Assembly (NCBI GenBank): GCA_028719205.1
Contig: JAQUKH010000008.1
Span: forward strand, 62,001 to 86,999
Reading direction: 5' to 3'
DNA length: 24,999 nt
Source of the DNA: a bacterium
Lineage (GTDB): Bacteria; JACRDZ01; JAQUKH01
Shown here: in pieces, positions 1 to 8,821 of the stretch
Layout of the letters: each line of letters begins with the position of its first letter
Numbering within the stretch: the first letter of the stretch is position 1
Notes under the pieces: generated by a model
The model's database searches: none
Told to the model about the DNA's origin: nothing
The model's input: only the letters and a program-made list of their open reading frames with translations
Position numbers and translations under genes: made by a program

Positions 1-1369
1 TGAACATCTTAGCCAGTTCCATGTCGTAATTTTCAATATATGCTACTTTCACATGGTCCTTAAGATTGTTTGATACTGCCTTAATTCTCTTGATCAGGTC
101 TTTACCCGGCCAATCTTTCGGATGCGCCTTGCCCGCGAAAACAAATTGAACCTTCCCGACGATCTGGGCAATATTCACTAATCTGCTTGAATCAAAAAAG
201 ATCAGGTCCGCTTTTTTATACGCGGTCGTTCTTCGGGCAAAACCAATTGTCAATACATCCTTATCAAAACCCAGATTAGTTTTACTGTTAATGAAATCAA
301 TAAATTTATCTTTTGCCTCCTGATGGGCGCTCCAAATATCTTCCCTTGGAATGCTCAAAGCATATCGTAAAGAAAAAGGATCATTGGTCCAGCCGGGAAT
401 ATGTTTATCAAACAACTTTTTAAAACTCGGGCAAACCCATGTATCCGAATGAATTCCGTTTGTAATATATTCGATATGATATCCCGGAAACATCTCCTGA
501 GATGTTTTTCCGTGCTCCTTCGCCACCCCATTCACATAATGGCTCAGATTAAGCGCGAGAGAAGTCATATTAAGATTGTCCTGGCCGCCTAATTCTTTTA
601 ACAGGTCAAACGGGACAATATCTCCCAATAAATTCCTGACGAGATCATAAGAAAAAATATCATGCCCGGCTTTTACAGGCGTATGTGTCGTAAAAACACA
701 CATTCTTTTAACATAATTAATTATCTCAGGAACAATACTATCATCGTATCTATTTTCATTCAAAAGTTCCAATGTCAATAAACTCGCGTGGCCTTCATTC
801 ATGTGATAACGCCTGATATTTCCGTAACCTAATTCACGAAGCATCCGTACCCCGCCGATACCTAAAATTATCTCCTGGCTGAACCGGTATTTCTCATCCC
901 CGCCATAAAGGTAATATGTAAAACTGCGGTCGTATTCACTATTTTCTTCAGTATCTGTATCCAGAAATATTACAGGGAGCGCACTGTTCACTCCTTTTAT
1001 TCTGTACTGCCATGCCCTGACTACAACATTCCTGTTTTCTATTTTAACGGTTATTTTGTTGGGTAAAAGAACCATTGTTTCCTCTGGGTTCCATTCACTC
1101 GAATACTCATACTGATTTCCGTATTCATCAAGCCTCTGGACAAAATATCCCTTTCTATAAAGCAGGCTGACCGCTACCAACGGCACTTTCAGGTCCGCGC
1201 ATGACTTTACCGTGTCCCCTGCCAAAACACCCAGCCCGCCGCTGTAAGTGGGTATTTTAGATTCCACGCCGATCTCCATTGAAAAATAGGCAATAGACCT
1301 TTCTTCATCCTTTATATTGCCTAAAAATTCTTTCTCTATGGGACAAAAATTATTTACAGGAATATCCAT
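1..1369 (-). CDS. glgP: Alpha-glucan (glycogen/starch) phosphorylase, 5' part; runs off the window start
   Basis: Absent from the ORF track because it has no stop in the window. Manual translation from ATG at 1369 (GGAG RBS upstream): MDIPVNNFCP...IAYFSMEIGVESKIPTYSGGLGVLAGDTVKSCADL...YHMNEGH, later TIGFARRTTAYKKADL and FAGKAHP, all GT35 phosphorylase motifs. Confidence 0.93.
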   Translation of the reverse strand, partial: MDIPVNNFCPIEKEFLGNIKDEERSIAYFSMEIGVESKIPTYSGGLGVLAGDTVKSCADLKVPLVAVSLLYRKGYFVQRLDEYGNQYEYSSEWNPEETMVLLPNKITVKIENRNVVVRAWQYRIKGVNSALPVIFLDTDTEENSEYDRSFTYYLYGGDEKYRFSQEIILGIGGVRMLRELGYGNIRRYHMNEGHASLLTLELLNENRYDDSIVPEIINYVKRMCVFTTHTPVKAGHDIFSYDLVRNLLGDIVPFDLLKELGGQDNLNMTSLALNLSHYVNGVAKEHGKTSQEMFPGYHIEYITNGIHSDTWVCPSFKKLFDKHIPGWTNDPFSLRYALSIPREDIWSAHQEAKDKFIDFINSKTNLGFDKDVLTIGFARRTTAYKKADLIFFDSSRLVNIAQIVGKVQFVFAGKAHPKDWPGKDLIKRIKAVSNNLKDHVKVAYIENYDMELAKMF

Positions 1370-1397
1370 ATCTTCTCCAAGATTTGTAAAATTACAT

Positions 1398-1426
1398 AGT
1401 ATATCACATATACCATTTTTTGGCAA
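1398..1426 (-). promoter_or_regulatory. Putative sigma70 promoter of glgP
   Basis: Minus strand TTGCCA-N17-TATACT with TGn extension, about 30 nt upstream of the start codon. Confidence 0.5.
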
Positions 1427-1442
1427 ACTTATATTTGATCAG

Positions 1443-1465
1443 ACAAGGGGGTCATGCCCCCTTGT
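1443..1465. repeat. GC-rich inverted repeat (REP-like or terminator-like) abutting the radC stop
   Basis: ACAAGGGGG-TCATG-CCCCCTTGT, a perfect 9-bp stem; no U-tract follows it on the minus strand. Confidence 0.55.
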
Positions 1466-2152
1466 TCAAAAAAGCCCTTCTTCCTTAAAACTAAAGTATT
1501 TGTTACCTGCTATTATAACATGGTCCAATAACAGAATATCAACAAGTTTAAGGGACTCAAAGATCTTTTTCGTGATCCTTATATCATCCTCTGACGGAGT
1601 TAAGGTTCCCGCGGGGTGGTTATGCGCGATTATCAGTGAACTCGCGTGAAGATAAAGGCCGCGTTCAACAATTTTTCTGGGATAAACAACCGATTTATTA
1701 ACAGTTCCTCTCTGGATGGTCTCGATCGCAAGCAGAGAATTCCTGTTATTCAGAAACAACGCCTTAAATTCCTCATCACAGGCACCTTTAAGAGAAGCCT
1801 TAAGATAATTATATACCGCCTGCGGAGACGCGACCAGGTCCCTTTCACAAATGCCTTTTTCAAGATACCGCGCGGAGATATCCTTTAAAAACCTAATAAA
1901 AATAGCTGTATGATCAGAAATACCCTTTATTTCTTTAAGCTCTTCTATATCAGCATCAAACACACCATTAAGTGTCTTGAACTTTGTCATTAACTCTTTA
2001 GCAATAGGTTTTAAATCCTTGCGGGGTATCGCGTAAGAAAGCGCGAATTCCAGAACCTCATAATCCTGCCATCCGCCAAATCCCGATTTCTTATATTTTT
2101 CTTTTAAGCGTTTACGATGATTTAAATAATGCGGTTTGATACCATCTTTCAT
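1466..2152 (-). CDS. radC: RadC/UPF0758 family JAB-domain protein
   Basis: N-terminal HRKRLKEKY..DYEVLEFALSYAIPRKD, HhH-like segment LKEIKGISD, JAB motif AHNHPAGTLTPSEDD and LLDHVII. Confidence 0.92.
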   Translation of the reverse strand: MKDGIKPHYLNHRKRLKEKYKKSGFGGWQDYEVLEFALSYAIPRKDLKPIAKELMTKFKTLNGVFDADIEELKEIKGISDHTAIFIRFLKDISARYLEKGICERDLVASPQAVYNYLKASLKGACDEEFKALFLNNRNSLLAIETIQRGTVNKSVVYPRKIVERGLYLHASSLIIAHNHPAGTLTPSEDDIRITKKIFESLKLVDILLLDHVIIAGNKYFSFKEEGLF

Positions 2153-2223
2153 AATACATAAATAATAGTTGAAATTTAGGGTTTTGACAAGGGAAACTTC
2201 TTGCAGGTGGTAATCATATAAGG

Positions 2224-2544
2224 TTAAGCCGCTTGTTCAATTTTATGGTGAGGCCGCTTTAGGACGTTTACCTCATGTTTAATCCGGCCTGCTATTTTAA
2301 TTCCTGTCGTTTCAAGGTCATAACGGGCCTGGAGCCGTAACCATACAGCAGCGCTTGTGCTGAAATACCGGGCTAATCTCATAGCCGTGTCTACTGTAAT
2401 CGAACGTTTTCCATGTACAATTTGACTAATTCTTAACGCGGATACACCTATATCTTTAGCCACACGATACTGGCTTAAACCCAGGGGTTTCATAAAATCT
2501 TCTAACAAAACTTCTCCCGGATGTACAGGCGGTAATGTTTTCAT
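2224..2544 (-). CDS. higA: HigA family antitoxin (Xre-type HTH)
   Basis: PVHPGEVLLEDF..LGLSQYRVAKDIGV..RISQIVHGKRSIT.DTAMRLARYF..WLRLQ. Start at 2544 preferred because AAAGGA precedes it; 2550 is an alternative. Confidence 0.93.
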   Translation of the reverse strand: MKTLPPVHPGEVLLEDFMKPLGLSQYRVAKDIGVSALRISQIVHGKRSITVDTAMRLARYFSTSAAVWLRLQARYDLETTGIKIAGRIKHEVNVLKRPHHKIEQAA

Positions 2545-2564
2545 GTTCATCCTTTCATTTGATG

Positions 2565-2849
2565 TTATTTGTGGTAATCAACAATCTCTACGCCTTTTGC
2601 CTTATTGCTTACCCACTTAAAACAAATTCTCCATTGGTCGTTAATACGAATACTATATTGCCCCAAACGATTTCCGCGAAGCCCTTCAAGCCTATTTCCG
2701 GGCGGCGACAATAAATCCCGTAAATCTTCCGCTTCATTCAGATATAAAAGTTTGCGCCGCGCGATTTTTTGAATATCCAGCGGCAGTTTTCTTGATACTA
2801 TACCTTTATATATCTTCTCTGTTTCAGCACAAGAAAACGACTCAATCAT
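2565..2849 (-). CDS. higB: HigB family toxin (RelE/ParE fold, plasmid maintenance killer type)
   Basis: MIESF..ETEKIY..RKL..L..PPGNRLEGLRGNRLGQYSIRINDQWRICF..VEIVDYH; toxin upstream of antitoxin as in higBA. Confidence 0.93.
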   Translation of the reverse strand: MIESFSCAETEKIYKGIVSRKLPLDIQKIARRKLLYLNEAEDLRDLLSPPGNRLEGLRGNRLGQYSIRINDQWRICFKWVSNKAKGVEIVDYHK

Positions 2850-2855
2850 TTTGAG

Positions 2856-2890
2856 ATAGTATCATGTCACGATAATATTGTCAAGCGATA
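2856..2890 (-). promoter_or_regulatory. higBA promoter with tandem operator-like boxes
   Basis: TTGACA(2884-2879)-N17-TACTAT(2861-2856) with TGn extension. Two related 15-mers, TATCGCTTGACAATA and TATCGTGACATGATA, overlap the -35 and the spacer/-10 edge. Confidence 0.65.
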
Positions 2891-2947
2891 ATTTGTAATG
2901 AAAAATATCAGGGGGAAAACATATGAAATACTTTGTTACTGAAGCCT

Positions 2948-5791
2948 TTATTGCTGTTTTCCAAAATTTGAGGCTAATATTGTAAGGTCATTTCCATCAA
3001 TTACCCCATCATTATTCAAGTCAGCCATCAAATTCCAATTGGAATCATTAGGAACAGAACCAAACGCCCTTGATAATTTAAATAAGTCATGGCCGTCAAC
3101 GAGATTGTTTGAACCGGGAGAAGTAATGTCAATGTTCCCTAATGGCTGGTTCATCGGAGAAAAACTTGCGGATATTGTGTGATTCACGGTTACATTATTA
3201 AAAGTGTATGTTGCAACTGCTCCTACTGACGCACTGTCAACTAATACATCTTGTATATAATATCCCGTGTTTCCAAAAATAGTAAAAGTCTGGTTTGTTC
3301 CATCATTTACTGTAATATTACCTAAAGGAGAAATATTTCCGTCGCCTACTGCGATTGCGGCTATTGTGTGGGTAATATTTATCACAAATTTAGCGGATAT
3401 TGTATGATTCGCTGTTACATTACTAAATATGTATGTTGACACTGCTCCCACCGATACACTATCTATCATTACATCTTGTATATGATACCCTGGGTTTGCA
3501 GAAATATTAAATGTCTGATCAACCCCATAATCAACTTTAACATTCCCTGAAGGACAAATATTTCCACCGCTTCCAAAACTTGCTGATATTGTACATGAAA
3601 TTTGCACCGGAATATTTCTATCCGTATTAGTACCATCTCCTAATTGACCATAATTTAATCCCCATGCCCATAATGTGCCATCGGATTTTAAACCTAATGA
3701 GTGTAACCATCCTATAGATATAATTACCCACTTTTTATCAGTACCAATCTGCACTGGAATATTTTTATCTGTATTTGTGCTATCTCCTAATTGACCATAA
3801 AGATTATATCCCCATGCCCACAACGTTCCATCGAATTTTAAGCCTATGCTTTGCCCAAATCCAGTAGATACAGACCGCCATTTACTATCAGTAATTATCT
3901 GCACAGGAACATTTTTATTTGTATTTGTACCATCACCTAATTGGCCATAATCATTTCTTCCCCATACCCATAACGTTCCATCAGATTTTATGCCTATGCT
4001 GTGAAAACCTCCAGCAGATACTGCTATCCATCCATTGTCACTACCTATCTGGACAGGAATATTTTTATTCGTATTTGTGCTATCACCTAATTGACCAACA
4101 TTATTCAATCCCCATGCCCACAATGTACCATCGGATTTTAAACCTAGTGAATGATACTCTCCAGCAGATATAATTAACCAATTGTTATCAATACCAATCC
4201 GCGTCGGAATATTTTTCTTTATATTTGTACTATCTCCTAATTGACCAAAGGGATTCATTCCCCATGCCCACAATGTGCCATCAGATTTTAAACCTAGAGA
4301 ATGATCTCCTCCAACAGATATAGCTACCCATTTATTATCAGAACCAATTTTCACTGGAACATTTTCCCAAGTATTTGTACTATTTCCTAATTGACCGCAA
4401 CTATTGTCCCCCCATGCCCACAACGTTCCGTCAGATTTTAAACCTAGTGTATGACCATGGTCGGCAGAAATATCTACCCATTTATTATCAAAACCAATTT
4501 TTAATGGAACATTTTTATTAATATTTGTACTATCTCCTAACTGACCACAGGGATTTCCTCCCCATGCCCACAATGTACCATCGGATTTTAAACCTGAACT
4601 ATGCTGAAATCCAGCAGATAATGTTTTCCATCTTTTGTCATCACTTCCAATCTGAACCGGAACATTTTTACTACTATTTGTACCATCTCCCAATTGACCA
4701 TAACCATTATATCCCCATGCCCATAATGTGCCATCTGATTTTAAACCTATTGTATGAGCTACTCCAATAACATTTGACGTTGAAGCAGAAACCGCTATCC
4801 ATTTATTATCACTGCCCACCTGCACCGGGACATTTATATCAGTATTTGTACCATCTCCTAACTGGCCATCGTCATTTTTGCCCCATGCCCATAATGTTCC
4901 ATTAGATTTTATACCTACTACATAACGCCTCCTCGCATATACATCTATCCATTTATTGTCACTTCCTATCTGGATTGGAGAATTTCTATCGGTATAAGTA
5001 CTGTCACCTAATTGGCCTTCCAAATTCCATCCCCATGCCCATAACGTTCCATCAGATCTGATACCTAAAGTATGACCCTCCCCAGCAGATACCTTTGTCC
5101 AGTTATTGTTATTGCCAATCTGCACCGGAACCATTCTGGAACTATTTGTTCCATCACCCAATGCTCCATCAGAATTCGCGCCCCATCCCCATAACGTTCC
5201 ATCGGATTTTATCCCCATTGTATGCCCTGCTCCGGCAGATACGGCTATCCATTTATTGTCGCTTCCTATCTGTACTGGTATATTCTTAGAAATATTTGTA
5301 CTATCTCCTAATTCGTAATTGTAATTGCGTCCCCACGTCCATAATGTTCCATCAGATTTTATAGCTGCCGTATGACTCTCTCCGGTAGATATCTTTGTCC
5401 ATTTATTGTCACTTCCAATCGGTACGGGAACATTCCTATTATTATTTGTGCTATCACCTAATTGGCCTCTATCATTTAATCCCCATGCCCATAATGTCCC
5501 ATCGGATTTTATGGCTATGGTATGATCTCCACCGGCAGATATTGCTAGCCAGTTAACATCATTACCAATCTGCACAGGAACATCCCTATTAATATTTGTA
5601 CTATCACCTAACGCGCCATAATAATTACTTCCCCATGCCCATAATGTACCATCGGATTTAATCCACATAGTATGTTGTCCACCTGAAGCAATTTTCGACA
5701 ATTTATTTATAGTTGAAGCATGATGAGATGAAATAAATCCCAAAAACAACAATATAGTCAAAAACAAAACTTTTCTATAATTAATCATCAT
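2948..5791 (-). CDS. Secreted RCC1/BLIP-II-like repeat protein with two InlB-B-like repeats and a C-terminal dockerin-like domain
   Basis: Signal peptide; 14 repeats of about 50 aa (KSDGTLWAWGxNxxGQLG); two repeats of TI.A..G.GNI.P.G...V..G..QTF.I...GY.IQDV; C-terminal ..VDGHDLFKLSRAFG..WNLMADLNNDGVIDGNDLTILASNFG. Confidence 0.85.
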   Translation of the reverse strand: MMINYRKVLFLTILLFLGFISSHHASTINKLSKIASGGQHTMWIKSDGTLWAWGSNYYGALGDSTNINRDVPVQIGNDVNWLAISAGGDHTIAIKSDGTLWAWGLNDRGQLGDSTNNNRNVPVPIGSDNKWTKISTGESHTAAIKSDGTLWTWGRNYNYELGDSTNISKNIPVQIGSDNKWIAVSAGAGHTMGIKSDGTLWGWGANSDGALGDGTNSSRMVPVQIGNNNNWTKVSAGEGHTLGIRSDGTLWAWGWNLEGQLGDSTYTDRNSPIQIGSDNKWIDVYARRRYVVGIKSNGTLWAWGKNDDGQLGDGTNTDINVPVQVGSDNKWIAVSASTSNVIGVAHTIGLKSDGTLWAWGYNGYGQLGDGTNSSKNVPVQIGSDDKRWKTLSAGFQHSSGLKSDGTLWAWGGNPCGQLGDSTNINKNVPLKIGFDNKWVDISADHGHTLGLKSDGTLWAWGDNSCGQLGNSTNTWENVPVKIGSDNKWVAISVGGDHSLGLKSDGTLWAWGMNPFGQLGDSTNIKKNIPTRIGIDNNWLIISAGEYHSLGLKSDGTLWAWGLNNVGQLGDSTNTNKNIPVQIGSDNGWIAVSAGGFHSIGIKSDGTLWVWGRNDYGQLGDGTNTNKNVPVQIITDSKWRSVSTGFGQSIGLKFDGTLWAWGYNLYGQLGDSTNTDKNIPVQIGTDKKWVIISIGWLHSLGLKSDGTLWAWGLNYGQLGDGTNTDRNIPVQISCTISASFGSGGNICPSGNVKVDYGVDQTFNISANPGYHIQDVMIDSVSVGAVSTYIFSNVTANHTISAKFVINITHTIAAIAVGDGNISPLGNITVNDGTNQTFTIFGNTGYYIQDVLVDSASVGAVATYTFNNVTVNHTISASFSPMNQPLGNIDITSPGSNNLVDGHDLFKLSRAFGSVPNDSNWNLMADLNNDGVIDGNDLTILASNFGKQQ
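3600..5700 (-). repeat. Intragenic tandem repeat, 14 units of about 150 bp (RCC1 blades); boundaries approximate
   Basis: Plus-strand motifs like CCCCATGCCCA(C/T)AA..CCATC(G/A)GATTT and (A/T)CCTAATTG recur at roughly 150-nt spacing. Confidence 0.9.
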
Positions 5792-5805
5792 TCATTCCTT
5801 AATTT

Positions 5806-6360
5806 CTAATTATACCTCAAACTCCCGCCCAGCCAATTCGTTCCCGTGATATTTCCGGCCGGTGATTTAAGCATACTATTTGTCGCGTTACAACTTATGT
5901 CCGTATTTGACTGTACAGTAAGCGCTTTAAATATTAAAGTCATTAATTTCCCATCGCCATCTGTTCCGACTGCATTGCCTTTTTTATCAATCCCTAAAAG
6001 CAGTATTCCTTCCTGACCGTTTAATAACGCCGGGGAAAATGTAAGGTCGCTTCCTAAATAACTTCCGGAAGCACTCGCTGATACATACTTTATTTTACTC
6101 CCGTCATAAGTAAGCCACAGCGCCGCCCCATAGACATCTAATCCGCCTTTAATTTGAACGGCAAGGGTTATTTCATCATTATTGCTTGATACTTTTTCGA
6201 GATATACTGAATTGGTGGAAGGATTGCCTGAAGAAGCAAAAGAAATTACAGGTGAAGGATTCACTGGATCAGTAATATTATTACCACAGCCATTTAAAAT
6301 ATTTATAAACATTACGGATAGGGACAATACTATAAATTTACAAATTTTATTTTTCATCAT
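5806..6360 (-). CDS. Lipoprotein with cohesin-like domain (copy 1)
   Basis: Lipobox ILNG-C; pattern ITLAVQIKGGLDVYGAALWLTYDGSKIKYVS..G..L..G.LLLG..GDGKLMTLIFKAL fits the cohesin beta-sandwich; AGGAGG RBS; ends 14 nt before the dockerin gene. Confidence 0.72.
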   Translation of the reverse strand: MMKNKICKFIVLSLSVMFINILNGCGNNITDPVNPSPVISFASSGNPSTNSVYLEKVSSNNDEITLAVQIKGGLDVYGAALWLTYDGSKIKYVSASASGSYLGSDLTFSPALLNGQEGILLLGIDKKGNAVGTDGDGKLMTLIFKALTVQSNTDISCNATNSMLKSPAGNITGTNWLGGSLRYN

Positions 6361-6451
6361 TCCCCTCCTAAAAATTTATCCCCTTCCAGTAATTTTTTTG
6401 TTATAACATAAAATTAGGAATAATTCAATTAGAAATACCTAGTAAAACTTC

Positions 6452-8293
6452 TCAAACTTCTTCCGATTTTTGTTTATAATCCATAACGGTTTTAATGAAT
6501 ATATTCCCGTAGGCCCTTAATTTGTTTTCCCCTACCCCGTAAATAACCGAGAAATCATCTATAGTCAAAGGCTCCCTGGCGGCAATATCCCTTAAGGTTT
6601 TGTCGCTGAAGATAATATACGCGGGGACACTTTTTTCCCGCGCCAGTTCCGCCCTCTTTCTTCTTAATACCTGGAAAAGGTCCTGGTCTACTTCCGCCCA
6701 TTCACTGTCTCTTTTTTCTGTAGCTTTCTTCGCGATATCCTTTTTCCTGGCCGCCACGACGGGTTTGATCAATACAGGCGTAATTTCCGAGTTCAATAAT
6801 TGCCTTCCGGCCTCAGTTACTGAAAGCGTCAGATATTCGCTATCCTTCAATAAAAATCCCTGGCCTGTAAGCTGTTCGACCATATACCAGACATAATTTT
6901 CAGTCTCTTCCTTCATAATCCCGAAGGTTGATAGTTTATGATGCCCCAAATTTTCTATTTTTTCAGTTGCTTTGCCTCTGAGGACATTAACCACATGCCC
7001 GGTCCCAAACCCGTAACGCTCCTGCCTGACCTTAATTACGCACGATAATATCTGTTGCGCGACATTAAGCGAGTCATTAACCATATCAAGCTCAGTTAAA
7101 CAATAATCGCAGCTGTCACAGGAATTTTTACCGTAATACTCTCCGAAATAATTTGAGAGCACCTTATGCCTGCATTGCGGTTTAACGCAGAAATCATAAA
7201 TGGCCCTGAGTTTTTTCATTATTGTTTCTTTTTCGGAGGACTCTTCCGCGAAATAACTCCATAACCGGAAATCCGCCCCGCCGTAAAACATATAACAAAA
7301 GGCGGGAAGCCTGTCCCTTCCGGCGCGGCCCGTTTCCTGCTGATAATGTTCAAGGCTTTTTGGCATACCCGCGTGAATGATAAAGCGGATATTGGACCGG
7401 TCTATTCCCATACCGAACGCGACTGTGGCCACAACTATATTTACCTCTTCGCGCGCGAACCTGTCCTGTGCCAGACGCCGGTCTTTATCCGTCATACCCG
7501 CGTGATACCTGACATTATCAATACCGAGTTTCATAAGGTCTTCGGAAACAGAATCCACATCTTTGCGCCGCAGGCAATATATGATACCAGCTTCATTATT
7601 ATGCTTTTGCAGAATTTCTTTTATCTGTTTTAAAATATTGGACCGCGGCATTACGCGATATGTCAGATTGGGACGGTCTATGGAACCTATAAGTATCTTA
7701 GGCTCGGTGAACCCTAACTGTGCTATTATATCTTTTTGTACTTCTTTGGTAGCAGTAGCCGTAAAAGCGTGCACGCTGATATCTTTAAACCTCTCCTTGA
7801 TCATCTTAAGATTCCGGTAGCTGGACCTGAAATCATGCCCCCAATGGCTTATGCAATGTGCTTCATCGATTATAAAAAAAGAGAGAGCGACAGATCTTAA
7901 AAGTTCAATAGTTTCTTCATTCTCAAGCCTCTCTGGAGATAAATATAATATTTTTATATCCCCTTTCAGTATCTGCTCAACCGCGGATCTTTGTTCTTTG
8001 ACAGACAGGCTTGAATTTAAATAACAGGAAGGCACCCCCATATCTTTCAAATTATCAACCTGGTCCTTCATAAGGGATATAAGCGGAGAAACAACAACAG
8101 CCATACCCTCCTTCAATAAGGCGGGTAATTGAAAACACAAAGATTTACCGCCTCCCGTGGGCAGCACAGTCAGGCTGTCTTCGTTTTCCAGCATGGATAG
8201 AATAACATCTTCCTGTAAAGGCAAAAACGACCCATACCCCCAGTATTTCTTCAATCCCTCATGAATTTTTTCTTTATTTTTGTTTTCTATCAT
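6452..8293 (-). CDS. recQ: ATP-dependent DNA helicase RecQ
   Basis: PTGGGKSLCFQ, DEAHCISHWGHDFR, ATVAFGMGID, QETGRAGRD, Zn-binding Cys (CRH..CDSCDYC), RQC and HRDC (VPAYIIFSDKTL). Confidence 0.97.
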   Translation of the reverse strand: MIENKNKEKIHEGLKKYWGYGSFLPLQEDVILSMLENEDSLTVLPTGGGKSLCFQLPALLKEGMAVVVSPLISLMKDQVDNLKDMGVPSCYLNSSLSVKEQRSAVEQILKGDIKILYLSPERLENEETIELLRSVALSFFIIDEAHCISHWGHDFRSSYRNLKMIKERFKDISVHAFTATATKEVQKDIIAQLGFTEPKILIGSIDRPNLTYRVMPRSNILKQIKEILQKHNNEAGIIYCLRRKDVDSVSEDLMKLGIDNVRYHAGMTDKDRRLAQDRFAREEVNIVVATVAFGMGIDRSNIRFIIHAGMPKSLEHYQQETGRAGRDRLPAFCYMFYGGADFRLWSYFAEESSEKETIMKKLRAIYDFCVKPQCRHKVLSNYFGEYYGKNSCDSCDYCLTELDMVNDSLNVAQQILSCVIKVRQERYGFGTGHVVNVLRGKATEKIENLGHHKLSTFGIMKEETENYVWYMVEQLTGQGFLLKDSEYLTLSVTEAGRQLLNSEITPVLIKPVVAARKKDIAKKATEKRDSEWAEVDQDLFQVLRRKRAELAREKSVPAYIIFSDKTLRDIAAREPLTIDDFSVIYGVGENKLRAYGNIFIKTVMDYKQKSEEV

Positions 8294-8330
8294 ACATATT
8301 TCCCTAACGACCTTGATTTAATAACTCACC

Positions 8331-8528
8331 GTTTGGAAATTAATTTTAAATCTCTTTTTGCTTAAACCCGAAACGTTTTTGATAAATCTAAGGCTCACTA
8401 CAGGCAATTTTAAAACTCGCTCTTCGAGCTCAAACATTAAAATTGCTTATCTTTCGTTTCGCCAAGATTTATTGCAAAAAGCGTTTCTATAGACGCAAAA
8501 AAAGATTTAAAATTAATTTTTTACAAAC
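8331..8528. repeat. Long multi-stem palindromic element, copy 1 (about 198 bp)
   Basis: Outer arms AAATTAATTTTAAATCTCTTTTTGC / GCAAAAAAAGATTTAAAATTAATTT with nested stems; shares exact 23-nt and 15-nt blocks with 14356-14430. Confidence 0.85.
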
Positions 8529-8821
8529 TTAAGTTTAAAAATAAATATTATATCATTTCTTGAATAAAATAATGAAAAATATCAGAATAAATGAGGGAAA
8601 TGTTAGTTTTTTGCCGGTAATTTATCTGAAGCTTTATCAACCGTACCCGTAGCTGCTTGCGGATTTTTTGCTTTTGCCGGACTTGGCGGAATTTTATTTC
8701 CAGATGAGCTAAAATACTCCCTGCTTGATTTTCTAATACACGAAGCTTTTTGAAACCTTCTAAAGTCCCTGAGAATTCTATTATTTACGGCCATTATTGT
8801 AAAGTATCATAAAAATATGAT

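Noticed and set aside
1466-2152. radC as a marker of a prophage or ICE
   Set aside because: It is the full-length chromosomal type with the N-terminal HhH region, and no integrase, phage or conjugation genes are in the window.
3600-5700. RCC1 repeats as a CRISPR array or DGR target
   Set aside because: The units are in-frame coding repeats without unique spacers; no cas gene, reverse transcriptase or template repeat is in the window, and the variation does not look adenine-specific.
8331-8528. Palindromic elements as integron attC sites or a c-di-GMP-I riboswitch
   Set aside because: No proper RYYYAAC/GTTRRRY boxes, no integrase, and the two copies are in opposite orientation to co-oriented genes. 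The GACGCAAA resemblance to GEMM lacks the remaining architecture and is partly buried in the outer stem.
8603-8794. 63-aa ORF between the thioredoxin gene and the palindromic element
   Set aside because: No clear RBS and no recognisable family; it may be a gene remnant but cannot be supported.
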